Of a stretch of 61,687 bases of DNA, positions 9,173 to 18,229 are shown in pieces. Source of the stretch: an uncultured Enterobacterales bacterium (lineage in GTDB: Bacteria; Myxococcota_A; UBA796; CAJQPC01); contig CAZSZE010000018.1 of NCBI GenBank assembly GCA_964610645.1, forward strand, positions 1 through 61,687. Direction: 5' to 3'. Within the stretch, counting starts at the first letter, position 1. Every line of letters begins with the position of its first letter. Under the pieces are notes generated by a model. That model saw only the letters and a list, made by a program, of their open reading frames with translations. It made no database searches and was not told the origin of the DNA. Both the position numbers and the translations under genes were made by a program.

Positions 9173-9574
9173 CTAATCGTGCAACCGCGTGATCCCGGGA
9201 ACCCCGTCAAAATCCGCGTCGAAGCTCATGACGCAGTCCACGGAGTGCCTCTCCATTACAGCCACATGCAAGGCGTCACGCGCCGACAACCGCGTGGACC
9301 CGAGGACAATGTCCTTGGCCCTGTCCAGGTCGAGAAAGTCGATCTCCAGCACCTCATCCACGATCCCAAGGACCGCGTCGAAGGCGGGTTGAATCATGTC
9401 CCGCCGATCAATCGCTACGTAGTGGTGGAGGATTTCCTGGAGCACCTCGACATCGGTGACCATGCGCTGGTCCATCCCAATGGCGACCTGAACCAGTCGT
9501 TGTGCGTCCAGCTTGTGGGGGTGTGCCTTCCCAACCAGGTACATCGGGATGTTTGAGTCGATCAAGATGCTCAC
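9173..9574 (-). CDS. vapC: VapC-family PIN-domain toxin
   Basis: [35 protein letters not shown]. Confidence 0.92.
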   Translation of the reverse strand: MSILIDSNIPMYLVGKAHPHKLDAQRLVQVAIGMDQRMVTDVEVLQEILHHYVAIDRRDMIQPAFDAVLGIVDEVLEIDFLDLDRAKDIVLGSTRLSARDALHVAVMERHSVDCVMSFDADFDGVPGITRLHD

Positions 9575-9828
9575 TCGGGGAGGGTCCTGGGAACCCCCGA
9601 TGCAATCTCGGCCAGCATCTGGTCGATGTCAGAGGTCGGGCCCTGGAACTGCACCGCTGTCCGCAGAGCAGCCATTTTCCGCGCCGCATCGCGAACAGGC
9701 ACCTCCTTCCTGGCAGCCCGCAACACGATTCGAACCCATTCGGAAAGGGAGAGTCCAAGCCGGCGAGCAACGGCCTCGGTCTCCGCCAGCTCCAGCTCGT
9801 CCATGACCACCTGTAGGCGCTTACTCAT
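9571..9828 (-). CDS. Ribbon-helix-helix antitoxin (VapB-like)
   Basis: [10 protein letters not shown]...[11 protein letters not shown] pattern; 4-nt overlap with vapC. Confidence 0.85.
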   Translation of the reverse strand: MSKRLQVVMDELELAETEAVARRLGLSLSEWVRIVLRAARKEVPVRDAARKMAALRTAVQFQGPTSDIDQMLAEIASGVPRTLPE

Positions 9829-9850
9829 GTCATGAGTATATCCTACTCAT
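9822..9850 (-). promoter_or_regulatory. vapBC promoter/operator: three ATGAGTA half-sites around a TATACT -10 box
   Basis: TACTCATG-T-CATGAGTA perfect palindrome (9822-9838) plus ATGAGTA-n5-TACTCAT (9832-9850); TATACT 6 nt before the ATG. Confidence 0.75.
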
Positions 9851-9869
9851 CAATGGAGGGTCAATGGTT

Positions 9870-10598
9870 TCAGATCAACCCATACGCCGTGTCCAACAGG
9901 TGCACCATCACGTTGCACCCGGCGTGGAAGAACGCTGCCGCCAGCACCCCGCCGGTCTTCTCCCGCAGCAGCCCGAAGAGCAGCCCCGGAAAGAAGATTG
10001 CGAAGTGCCACCACTGGAAGGTGACCAGGGAGTGGCCGAACGCGAAAAGCAGCGAGCTTACCCAGAGGCCATGCCCAAAGGGAATGCCTGCCAGGATGAA
10101 CTTCCTCGGCAGGGCCTCGTTGAGCCGCGTCAACAGGTAGCCCCGGTAGAAGAACTCCTCGGGAATGGCGACGAAGAACACCTGGTAGACGATGAGGGTC
10201 GCAACATCGGCTGGGAACCGCAGGGCGGGCTCCGCGCCAAAGAGAATCGTCTGGTAGAAGTGGTACGCCACGAGCCACGGCAGAAGGATCGCCGCCAGCA
10301 GCTTGCCCGCCACCGCCAGGGATCGGCCCCAGGCCCGTCCATCCCGAAAGGCAGGCACCGCCAACCGATACGCGAATGAATCCACGCCGCGGATGCGACA
10401 AAGCAGCACCGGCGCGTAGATGAACAGGACCGGCACCGCCGCCAGCACCCAGTCCGGCAGGCCCGCCCCTGCATGAACCTCCACCACGCCCCGAATCAAG
10501 AGGAGCGTCACGAGCCACAAACCCACGACCTCCCGAAGAATCGTGGGCAACTCCAGCCCGGGGGTGGGGCGATCGCCGAGACCGGGCGCCTCCATCAT
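9870..10598 (-). CDS. CPBP-family intramembrane glutamic protease, myxosortase-like
   Basis: IPEEFFYRGYL, SLLFAFGH, FFPGLLFG.LREKTG, FHAGCN; ATG 10598 overlaps the larE stop. Confidence 0.85.
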   Translation of the reverse strand: MMEAPGLGDRPTPGLELPTILREVVGLWLVTLLLIRGVVEVHAGAGLPDWVLAAVPVLFIYAPVLLCRIRGVDSFAYRLAVPAFRDGRAWGRSLAVAGKLLAAILLPWLVAYHFYQTILFGAEPALRFPADVATLIVYQVFFVAIPEEFFYRGYLLTRLNEALPRKFILAGIPFGHGLWVSSLLFAFGHSLVTFQWWHFAIFFPGLLFGLLREKTGGVLAAAFFHAGCNVMVHLLDTAYGLI

Positions 10599-11404
10599 TC
10601 GGTGGGCAGGCCGCCGCTGCGGTAGCCCGCAAGGTCCAGGGTCACCTGGCGGAAGCCCTCCTGCCAACAGGCCTCCAGCACGGCGTCCCGCACCCCTTCG
10701 GAGATCAGGGCAGCAAAGTCGCTGGGGGCCAACTCGATGCGGGCCAACGGGCCCTCGTCCAACTCGTGGAACCGAACCCGAAAGTGCCGAAACCCGTAGA
10801 TGCGCAGGACGCTCTCGATGCGCCCCACCTTTTCCACGCGCTCGGTGGTCACCCGCGTGCCCTCGGGAAAGCGACTTCCCAGGCAGGCAAAGGACGGCTT
10901 GTCCCACAAATCCAAACCCAGGGAATGGGCCGTGTCCCGCACGGCCGACTTGTCGAACCCCGCCTCCACCAGGGGATGTCGCACCCGGTGCTCCTCGGCC
11001 GCCTCCAGGCCCGGCCGGTGGTCGCCGAGGTCATCCGTGATGGTTCCATCCATGACCCAGCGAATTCCAACCCGATCCGCCCAGAGCCGGGCCAGCTCAA
11101 AGAGCTCGGTCTTGCAGAAGTAGCAGCGCCGCCCGTCATTTGCAGCGTACCCCTCGCGCTCCAGCTCGTGGGCATCCACCACCAGGTGCCGCACCCCCAG
11201 CTTTTCCGCAAAGGCAATGGCCTGCTCCTTCTCCTCCTTGGGAAAGGTAGGCGAGTCCGCGGTCAAGGCCACTGCCTTGTCCCCCAGCACCCGGTGCGCC
11301 ACCTGCAGGACCAGCCCCGAATCCACCCCCCCGGAGAACGCAATCAGGGCGTTCCCAGCCTCGCCGAGCACGGATTCCAAGCGCTGAAGAGCCACATCTG
11401 CCAT
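10595..11404 (-). CDS. larE: LarE-family ATP-dependent sulfur transferase (PP-loop)
   Basis: AFSGGVDS, RCYFCKTELF, DDLGDHRPG, WDKPSFACLGSRF, FRVRFH, VTLDLAGYRSG. Confidence 0.88.
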   Translation of the reverse strand: MADVALQRLESVLGEAGNALIAFSGGVDSGLVLQVAHRVLGDKAVALTADSPTFPKEEKEQAIAFAEKLGVRHLVVDAHELEREGYAANDGRRCYFCKTELFELARLWADRVGIRWVMDGTITDDLGDHRPGLEAAEEHRVRHPLVEAGFDKSAVRDTAHSLGLDLWDKPSFACLGSRFPEGTRVTTERVEKVGRIESVLRIYGFRHFRVRFHELDEGPLARIELAPSDFAALISEGVRDAVLEACWQEGFRQVTLDLAGYRSGGLPTE

Positions 11405-11433
11405 GAAGCTCCATCTAACCGGTGTCGCCTTGC

Positions 11434-12909
11434 TCAGGTGAAGATGGCCCGGTTCAGGTCCACGCCCAGATCCTCGGGATGCACCACGCGCGCTGCGGAT
11501 CGCACCCAGGCGCCCCCCTCGTCCTTGTCCCTGAGATCCACCAGCTTGGACTCTCGCACCTGGGTGCCAAACCGATCCAACAGGAGGCGCACCACGGGCC
11601 TCCGCAGATCATCCGCATCGGAAGGCGTCATGTACACCACCCCCACCTCGCCGGTGGAGAGCAGGAGCAAGGAACCCAGGGGGTAGCACCCCACGAGGTT
11701 TACAAACAAGGCCACCAACACCGGGTCCAGGCTCTTTCCTGCAGCCTCCAACATCTTGGCCAGCGCTTCGTCCGGAAGCAGTCCATCCTGCCCGGGACGT
11801 TGCGTGGTCAGAGAGTCATAGGCCTCGGCGATGGCGATAATCCGTGAAAAAAGGTGCTGCACCGGCCAGTCCTGCACCTGGGGGTAGCCGCTGTGGTCAT
11901 GGCCCATGTGGTGCTCAAATGCGGTCACCATCCAGCGCCGGGCAGCCTGGTCCATGCGACCCGTTCCCACCGTGGACCGGACAGAAGCCAGGGGATGTTG
12001 TTCCAGCTGCTTCTGCTCCCCGGAGTCGAGGGGCTGGGTCTTGAAACGGATGCTCTCCGGCAGCTCGCGCATGCCGAGGTCACACAGCACCGCCGCCATG
12101 CCCAGGTCCAGCAGGGCCCCTCGGGGCAACCCGACGGCATGCCCCAGGGCAATGCTCAAGATCGCAGTGTTCACCGGGTGGCGCAGCTCGTAGGCATGGC
12201 TTCCCTTCAACTGCACCAGGGCCAGGTGCTGGCGGGGCTCGTCCATGGCCTGCTCTACCAGGAACTGCATGATGCGCCGCAGCGAAGACTGCAGCCCCCG
12301 GGAACTTTCTCGCTGGTAGAAGGCCGCCACCACACGCAAGGCCCGCAGGTACAGCTGCAACGAGCGGGAACCCGCCATGGCGATGGAGTCCCCCTCGCCT
12401 CCGCCATCTCCCCCCACAGTCCCGCTAGTCAGGCGCATGGGTCGACTGAAGCGCACCGACTCCACCGCATTTCGGGACAGGCCTTCATTGAGCCGGTGAC
12501 ACGCCTCCCGGTCATCCTCATCCACGGTGGGAGCTTCCAAGATGGCGGCCAACACCGTGCGCCAATCCTCTCCAAGGCTGGGCCCGTGGATTTCAAAGCC
12601 CCCCACCCCCCGCTCCCGAAGGAATTTGTTTAGAAAACGCACCTGCTTGACCTGGGCCCGCGCCACGCGAATGCGATTCTGGTTGATGTGGATCACGTCT
12701 CCCTCTCCCTGAAGGGTGGCGAAACCCACGTCCTGGAACAGGGACGTCGCAGCGCTCGCTGTCACGGTGAGGGGGTTGTCCAACGCCTGGTTGGCCATGT
12801 TGTGGATCCGGGCGGTGCGAATCAGCGTCGCGATTCTGTAGGTGAATCGCTTTCCCACATTGTGGAGGCGACGCAACTCCGCCTGAGAGACCCCGCCTTC
12901 AAGACTCAT
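11434..12909 (-). CDS. HD-GYP domain protein with degenerate HD motif
   Basis: HPVNTA, AAVLCDLG (HD changed to CD), EHHMGHDHSGYP, SRIIAIAEAYD; C-terminal LSTGEVGVV...RPVV. Confidence 0.85.
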   Translation of the reverse strand: MSLEGGVSQAELRRLHNVGKRFTYRIATLIRTARIHNMANQALDNPLTVTASAATSLFQDVGFATLQGEGDVIHINQNRIRVARAQVKQVRFLNKFLRERGVGGFEIHGPSLGEDWRTVLAAILEAPTVDEDDREACHRLNEGLSRNAVESVRFSRPMRLTSGTVGGDGGGEGDSIAMAGSRSLQLYLRALRVVAAFYQRESSRGLQSSLRRIMQFLVEQAMDEPRQHLALVQLKGSHAYELRHPVNTAILSIALGHAVGLPRGALLDLGMAAVLCDLGMRELPESIRFKTQPLDSGEQKQLEQHPLASVRSTVGTGRMDQAARRWMVTAFEHHMGHDHSGYPQVQDWPVQHLFSRIIAIAEAYDSLTTQRPGQDGLLPDEALAKMLEAAGKSLDPVLVALFVNLVGCYPLGSLLLLSTGEVGVVYMTPSDADDLRRPVVRLLLDRFGTQVRESKLVDLRDKDEGGAWVRSAARVVHPEDLGVDLNRAIFT

Positions 12910-14750
12910 ACGAGCCCCCGCCGCTTGTGGGTGGCCCCTTGAATCACCGGCACCAGATCAGGCTTCTTCCGGGCCACGAGATCCAGGGCGGCCCGGCTTT
13001 CATCCATTTCGATTGCCACCAGTGCATGGACTGCACACTCACTTACGGACCGCGGCGGCCCTGCCATTTCGAATTGCCCGGTAAGCACACCCCGCAAGAG
13101 GGGAATGGACTCCACCCGGCCGATGATGCCGTAGGCAAGAAACCAGGCCCGGCGCTCTGCATCGCTGCAAGTGCCCAGCAAGGGAGAGCGCATCCTGACC
13201 TCGATGTGGTTCAGGCAGGAACGGTCCCGATAGACCGACAGGTAGCGCAGAGCCTCCACGCGCACCTCGCTCTCCGGGTCCTCCAGGGCCGCAAGCATCG
13301 CAGCCCGTATGGCAGGGGACTGCTGCTTTCGAAGGGCCCGCAGCGCAGCCTTCCGCGTGGCGCTCTCCTCTGCTTTCACGTGGCCCAGACACACTTCGAG
13401 AGCCTGGGGCACGGTCACCCTTCCCAGGGCAAGGAGCGGAATGACCGCATCTCTGGGTTCCGCTGTCACCAGCAGGGTCAGCACCGCCTCCGGGTCCCAG
13501 TCCACCTTCAACACCAGGACATCTGCCAGAACCTGCCGCAGGGACGACGAGGAACAGTGGGCCCCCAAGGAGATCATCTGGTTCACACCCGAGCGTGGAA
13601 TCACTGAGAAGATCGTGAACACCGGGCCGCAGTCCTCCCGGGTCTCGCAATGGTTCGACAAGACCGCCCCGAGACGCTCCAGGCTCTTGTCCGCCAAGAG
13701 CCGCCCAAAGCCTCGCTGAAAGGCCTCCATTCGCTCAGGCGCAGCCCGGGGCGCATCCTCTGCGAATGCCAGCACCCGCCGTACAAAGGCCCCTGCCCCT
13801 TGCATCTCATCGCTGGAGATGAGCTCCAGGCAGTGGCGGCCCACCCCTCGTCCAAGCTCCTCCACCCGGGCAATGTCCTGCTCCAACCGGAGGGTCTCAA
13901 ACAACACCCTCCCCACACGTTCAAAGTCGGCATCGGTTCCGGCCTGCAGCTCGTTCACGTCTGCCTGGAGGGCCTGGCGCCCGGCCTCATCCACCTGCAA
14001 CAGCGCATCATCTTCCTCGGCTGCCCCCTCGACTTCCAGCTGCAACTCCTCCTTGAGGCGCAGGTAGAGCGCAACCTCATCCTGTTTCATCTGGATCACG
14101 TCGTCCGCCCGAACACCCTCAGCCTGCAACTCGGCCAGGAGCCCCTGGATTTCCGGGACCAACAGGGAGTCCCCCTGAGCCATTTCCGGATCGACACCTG
14201 CGGACCGCCCGGACATCAGGTCTTCCCGTTCCGCCGCGATTCCCATTTCATCTTCTGCTGAAAAGCGATCCGCAATGTCCACGTGGATGTTTTCAAACTC
14301 GGACCTCCAGAGGGCAGAGACCAGGTCATCCTGGAACTCCCCCCGGTGCGACCAGTCCGCCACCAGCAACTCGGCGAGTTTCAGCAGCTCTCGGGGAGAC
14401 ACCTCTCGCTGGATGCAAAAGCCCCGCGCCCCCTCCATGTGGAGTTTGTACGCCATTTCTTCCCCCACCTTGTCCTGCCCCACAATCTTCTCCCCATAGA
14501 ACTGGATTTCCGTGGCGCTGAACTCAAAGTCCAGGACTTCGAATCGCTCCAGGAGCTCCTGTACCCCCTCCACGTACTGGTTCACGAAACGCTGTGCCTG
14601 GTGGTGGGAAGAGCCATAGAGCCGCGAGGTCCGTCCGAACTTGATCAGGTTCTGGAACACCAACCGAGCTTGCTTGACCACCCGGCGCATCGCCGCGGGG
14701 TCCTCCTCGGGCGAGGTCACCTGGTTCAGGTACTGGTCAAGGTCCGACAC
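12906..14750 (-). CDS. HEAT-repeat protein
   Basis: N-terminal SRLYGSSHHQ motif; C-terminal TRKAALRAL and LEDPESEVRVEAL repeats; coupled to the HD-GYP gene. Confidence 0.75.
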   Translation of the reverse strand: MSDLDQYLNQVTSPEEDPAAMRRVVKQARLVFQNLIKFGRTSRLYGSSHHQAQRFVNQYVEGVQELLERFEVLDFEFSATEIQFYGEKIVGQDKVGEEMAYKLHMEGARGFCIQREVSPRELLKLAELLVADWSHRGEFQDDLVSALWRSEFENIHVDIADRFSAEDEMGIAAEREDLMSGRSAGVDPEMAQGDSLLVPEIQGLLAELQAEGVRADDVIQMKQDEVALYLRLKEELQLEVEGAAEEDDALLQVDEAGRQALQADVNELQAGTDADFERVGRVLFETLRLEQDIARVEELGRGVGRHCLELISSDEMQGAGAFVRRVLAFAEDAPRAAPERMEAFQRGFGRLLADKSLERLGAVLSNHCETREDCGPVFTIFSVIPRSGVNQMISLGAHCSSSSLRQVLADVLVLKVDWDPEAVLTLLVTAEPRDAVIPLLALGRVTVPQALEVCLGHVKAEESATRKAALRALRKQQSPAIRAAMLAALEDPESEVRVEALRYLSVYRDRSCLNHIEVRMRSPLLGTCSDAERRAWFLAYGIIGRVESIPLLRGVLTGQFEMAGPPRSVSECAVHALVAIEMDESRAALDLVARKKPDLVPVIQGATHKRRGLV

Positions 14751-14812
14751 TTGGGTCTCCGAGGGAAGAGTGTACCGCTGATGACGTATGCTGTACGCCC
14801 CCTGGAGAATTG

Positions 14813-16531
14813 ATGAACCGGCCGCCCCTCGGAAAGATCCTTGTGCGCCTGGGCCTGCTCACCAAGAATGAGTTGGCATCTGTCCTGGAGCGCACCGGGG
14901 ACGGAAGCCGCCTGGGGCAGACCGCCCTGGAACTTGGCGTCCTGGACGAGGAGGGCCTGGCCCGGGCCCTGGCGGTGCAGTGTGACGCGGGTTTTGTCTC
15001 TGCGAGCCGCCTGAGCGGACTGGAACCCTCGGCGGAGGCCCTGGGGATGCTGCCCAGCGAGCTGATGCGACGGGGTCCGCTTCTGCCCACGTTTCGGGAC
15101 GAAGAAACCGGCGTGGTCTCCCTGCTGGTGGCGGATCCAACCGACACGAAGATTCTCGCGGAGGCCAGGGAAGCCACGCGGGCCTCGGACCTGAAGCTGT
15201 ATGTCGTGCCGCGAACGCCTCTGATCGAGCTGCTGGACCGAGCGCTCGAACGCGTCGCCGGGGACCCCGGGTCACCGGCGCCGGTGGAGCAGGCACCCAG
15301 CCCAAACCTCCCGAGGCGAAAGGAAAGCCTGGCAATCCTGCTGGACCCGAATGCCCAGCGGCTTGCAGCGCTCAAACAACTGGACCTGTTGGAGGGCAAA
15401 TCGGCACTGTACGCATCGAACGCAGACCAGGTCACGAGCCTGTTGGACAATCCCGGCGCAGATCGCTTGTACTACCGCCCGGAGTCCAGCCCCCTCATCG
15501 ATGAGCGCCTGGACGGCTGGCGAGAAAAGACCCCGCATCTCCACGTGGCGGAGATCGCCTCTTATGGCCCCGCAAGCCATCCGGGGGCACCCCACGAGCC
15601 ACTGCGGGACTTCCTGATGGGTCTGTTCGAGTTCCTGCTGATCGCGTCAGAACAAGAGAACTTCGGCCTGAGGTCGCGAATCCGGCGAAAGTCCCAGCTG
15701 TGCCGCCAACTGGGGGAGATACTTCAGCTTCCGCCCCACGAGCGGGATGCCCTGCATGTATCCACGCTCCTGGTGGACCTCCCGGAGATGACTCGTTTTC
15801 AGGGGCTTCTGGCAGATGAAACCAGCGATCGCAGACAGGGCAGCCGATTTGAGGCTTCCCGGGCCCTCATGTCCGGGCTGACCTGTCCCCTGCCGGTTCA
15901 CGACCTTCTGTCCGCCCTGGAGGGCCGGCTCACGGGCGAAAGAGAGGTCTCACAGAACGTAGGAGCGGAAATCCTCTTCACCCTGGGTGCCTACCTCTCC
16001 CGGGGTGAGAACCCCCGCAGCACCGTGCACAGCATTCTCGGGCCCGAGGCACCCCGGCACACAGTGGAGGTACTGGATGCCTTGGAACGGGTGCTGGAGC
16101 AAGAAGCCACAATCGACGACTCGGCAGTCTGGGCCCGAAAGGACAAGGTGGCCTCTCGCACGGTGATCCTCGCGGAGCGCGATGCGCCCCTGCTGACCGC
16201 TCTTGAGCTGCGATTGACCCGGGCGGGCTTCAGCGCTGTCACCGTGCCCGACGGAACACAAGCCCTCGCCCGGATTCGAACCCTCCGCCCGGCGGGGGTG
16301 GTGGCCAACCTGCGGCTTCCAGGAAAAGACGGCCTCTCCCTGGTCATGGAGATCCGGTCGGACCCGACAATTGCTGAAACCCCGGTGATTCTCCTGACCA
16401 ACCGAAGCAGCGCAGTGGATGTGGAGCGGGGAATGGAAATGGGTGCCGACGCGGTCCTGGAGAAGCCCATCAACTTGGCAGACCTCACGGAGCGCCTGCG
16501 GCAGATCATCCAGGTGCGGATGGGAAGGTGA
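14813..16531 (+). CDS. MshEN (GspE N-terminal) domain protein with C-terminal receiver-like domain
   Basis: PLGKILVRLGLL...L...RLGQTALELGVLDEEGLARALAVQ; receiver with LPGKDG, PVILLT, LEKP but Asn at the phospho-Asp position. Confidence 0.8.
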   Translation: MNRPPLGKILVRLGLLTKNELASVLERTGDGSRLGQTALELGVLDEEGLARALAVQCDAGFVSASRLSGLEPSAEALGMLPSELMRRGPLLPTFRDEETGVVSLLVADPTDTKILAEAREATRASDLKLYVVPRTPLIELLDRALERVAGDPGSPAPVEQAPSPNLPRRKESLAILLDPNAQRLAALKQLDLLEGKSALYASNADQVTSLLDNPGADRLYYRPESSPLIDERLDGWREKTPHLHVAEIASYGPASHPGAPHEPLRDFLMGLFEFLLIASEQENFGLRSRIRRKSQLCRQLGEILQLPPHERDALHVSTLLVDLPEMTRFQGLLADETSDRRQGSRFEASRALMSGLTCPLPVHDLLSALEGRLTGEREVSQNVGAEILFTLGAYLSRGENPRSTVHSILGPEAPRHTVEVLDALERVLEQEATIDDSAVWARKDKVASRTVILAERDAPLLTALELRLTRAGFSAVTVPDGTQALARIRTLRPAGVVANLRLPGKDGLSLVMEIRSDPTIAETPVILLTNRSSAVDVERGMEMGADAVLEKPINLADLTERLRQIIQVRMGR

Positions 16532-16549
16532 GCGCTCGTGGACTTGTGT

Positions 16550-18211
16550 CTACAGGCTTGAGTCGACCCGCCGGTACGCCCGCAGCGTCACCCCCCCGCG
16601 AAGTGGCCAGGCCCCTACCTCCCGAAACAGCTCCCGCTGCTGGGCAAGCACATCTGCAACGGGCGGCAGCTCCCCGATCTGGTAGTGCTCCTCCCGGAGG
16701 GCCCGGTGGATGCGGGCTGCATCCGGCCAGCGCACATCCGGGTCTGAGGCCAGGTAGAGAAAGGACGTGGCGGTCCGGTACCACTCATAGGTTCCCTGGG
16801 GGTCTCCCAGCACGCCGCGGATTCGGCGGCCGGGAAGCTGCTCCCTCAAGGACAAGACCAGGTACCCCTCGTACCAATCGCCGTTCTCGCTGAACACCAG
16901 GACTTCGCCGGGCGGAAGGACCCCAGCCACCTCCTGGACGGGCCACCTGTGGTCCCTCGGAGCGATGGCCTGCGGATACCGGGGAGCAACCCATGCATCC
17001 GCCAGCACCTCTCCCCCCAGAAGCTGAGCTGCCCGGCTCGGCAGGGGCAGCCCCCGGTCCCACATGCGAAACCCCATCTGGTGAATGCCGGCCACAAACA
17101 GGACCACAGACAGAATTGTTCCGCCGCGCCGCATGCGGCACAGCCAGGTGGCCGTCAACACCGACAGACAACCCAGCATGGGGATGGTGTAGTAGACCTG
17201 CTTCTTCTGGATGATGGTGAACAGCACCATTCCCCACAGGACGACTGTCCCGGGCACCCGGCTGTGGCTCCCCCGCGTGGCTGCCCATCCCACCACCGCG
17301 ATCAAGCCCAGGAGCCCCGGAACCAGCCCGGCCTGTCCATCCAGAAGGCTCGCCGGGTAGAAGAGCAGGCTCGTGGCCGACAACGCATCTCGGTGCTCCG
17401 TCAGGCGGCCTGTGGAGTCCACCTCGCCAATGGGCAGCTGCTCCACAAGCTCGGGCAGGTGGTTCCTGAGAAACCCCCAGTACCAGGCCCCCACCAGAAC
17501 CAACACCAGGCCCCCGGCGCGAAGACCATTCTGCAGGACCCTCTTGTGGTGGGGCCCGGACAGTCCCCGCAGGGCTTCCACACCCACCGGCACCATGAGA
17601 AACATGCCCACCGTCATCCGGTCCATCCACAGGCCGACTCCGAGCAAGGCCCCAAGGACAAGGGATCCAGTCCCACTTTGGAAGGATCGGCACCGGACCA
17701 GCGCCAGGGCGCACACGGTGACCCAGGCGGTCGCAGCCACGTTGGGCTCAAAGCGAACGAGGTTCCCGAAGATGGATGGATAGACAACCACAATCCCCAT
17801 GGCGAGCAGTCCCACCCGCCGGCTCACACACGCGCCCAGCCCGTAGGTGGCCCCCAACAAGACCGCCAGGTGGCCCAGGTTGGAGAGCACCATCATCTTG
17901 TGGTTGGCACCGCCCAGGGCAAAGAAGGGCCAGGGCCACGCATAGAAGCCCGGCGGCCACGGATAGGTCTCAAAGAAGTGCCCCAGGTGGTAGAGGTCCC
18001 GGTCCACAAAGGCCCCCCAGAAATCCAGGGCATTGCCCACGTGCAGAATTTCGTTCTGGAACCCGTCCGTGCGGCCGTTCAGCGCCTGCCAAGCCATCGC
18101 CTGACAGGCAAAAACAACCACCAGAACCCCACCCAGGACCCACGGCAACCGCGCCTGGAAATTCGGCAACCGAACGACAAACCTCCTGGTTGACACCGGG
18201 CCGGCTATCAT
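16550..18211 (-). CDS. GT-C fold (ArnT/PMT-like, GT39-like) membrane glycosyltransferase
   Basis: Multiple TM helices, YPWPPGFY, KKQVYYTIPML, soluble C-terminal domain. Confidence 0.65.
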   Translation of the reverse strand: MIAGPVSTRRFVVRLPNFQARLPWVLGGVLVVVFACQAMAWQALNGRTDGFQNEILHVGNALDFWGAFVDRDLYHLGHFFETYPWPPGFYAWPWPFFALGGANHKMMVLSNLGHLAVLLGATYGLGACVSRRVGLLAMGIVVVYPSIFGNLVRFEPNVAATAWVTVCALALVRCRSFQSGTGSLVLGALLGVGLWMDRMTVGMFLMVPVGVEALRGLSGPHHKRVLQNGLRAGGLVLVLVGAWYWGFLRNHLPELVEQLPIGEVDSTGRLTEHRDALSATSLLFYPASLLDGQAGLVPGLLGLIAVVGWAATRGSHSRVPGTVVLWGMVLFTIIQKKQVYYTIPMLGCLSVLTATWLCRMRRGGTILSVVLFVAGIHQMGFRMWDRGLPLPSRAAQLLGGEVLADAWVAPRYPQAIAPRDHRWPVQEVAGVLPPGEVLVFSENGDWYEGYLVLSLREQLPGRRIRGVLGDPQGTYEWYRTATSFLYLASDPDVRWPDAARIHRALREEHYQIGELPPVADVLAQQRELFREVGAWPLRGGVTLRAYRRVDSSL

Positions 18212-18229
18212 TCAACCCGGAGTTCCACT

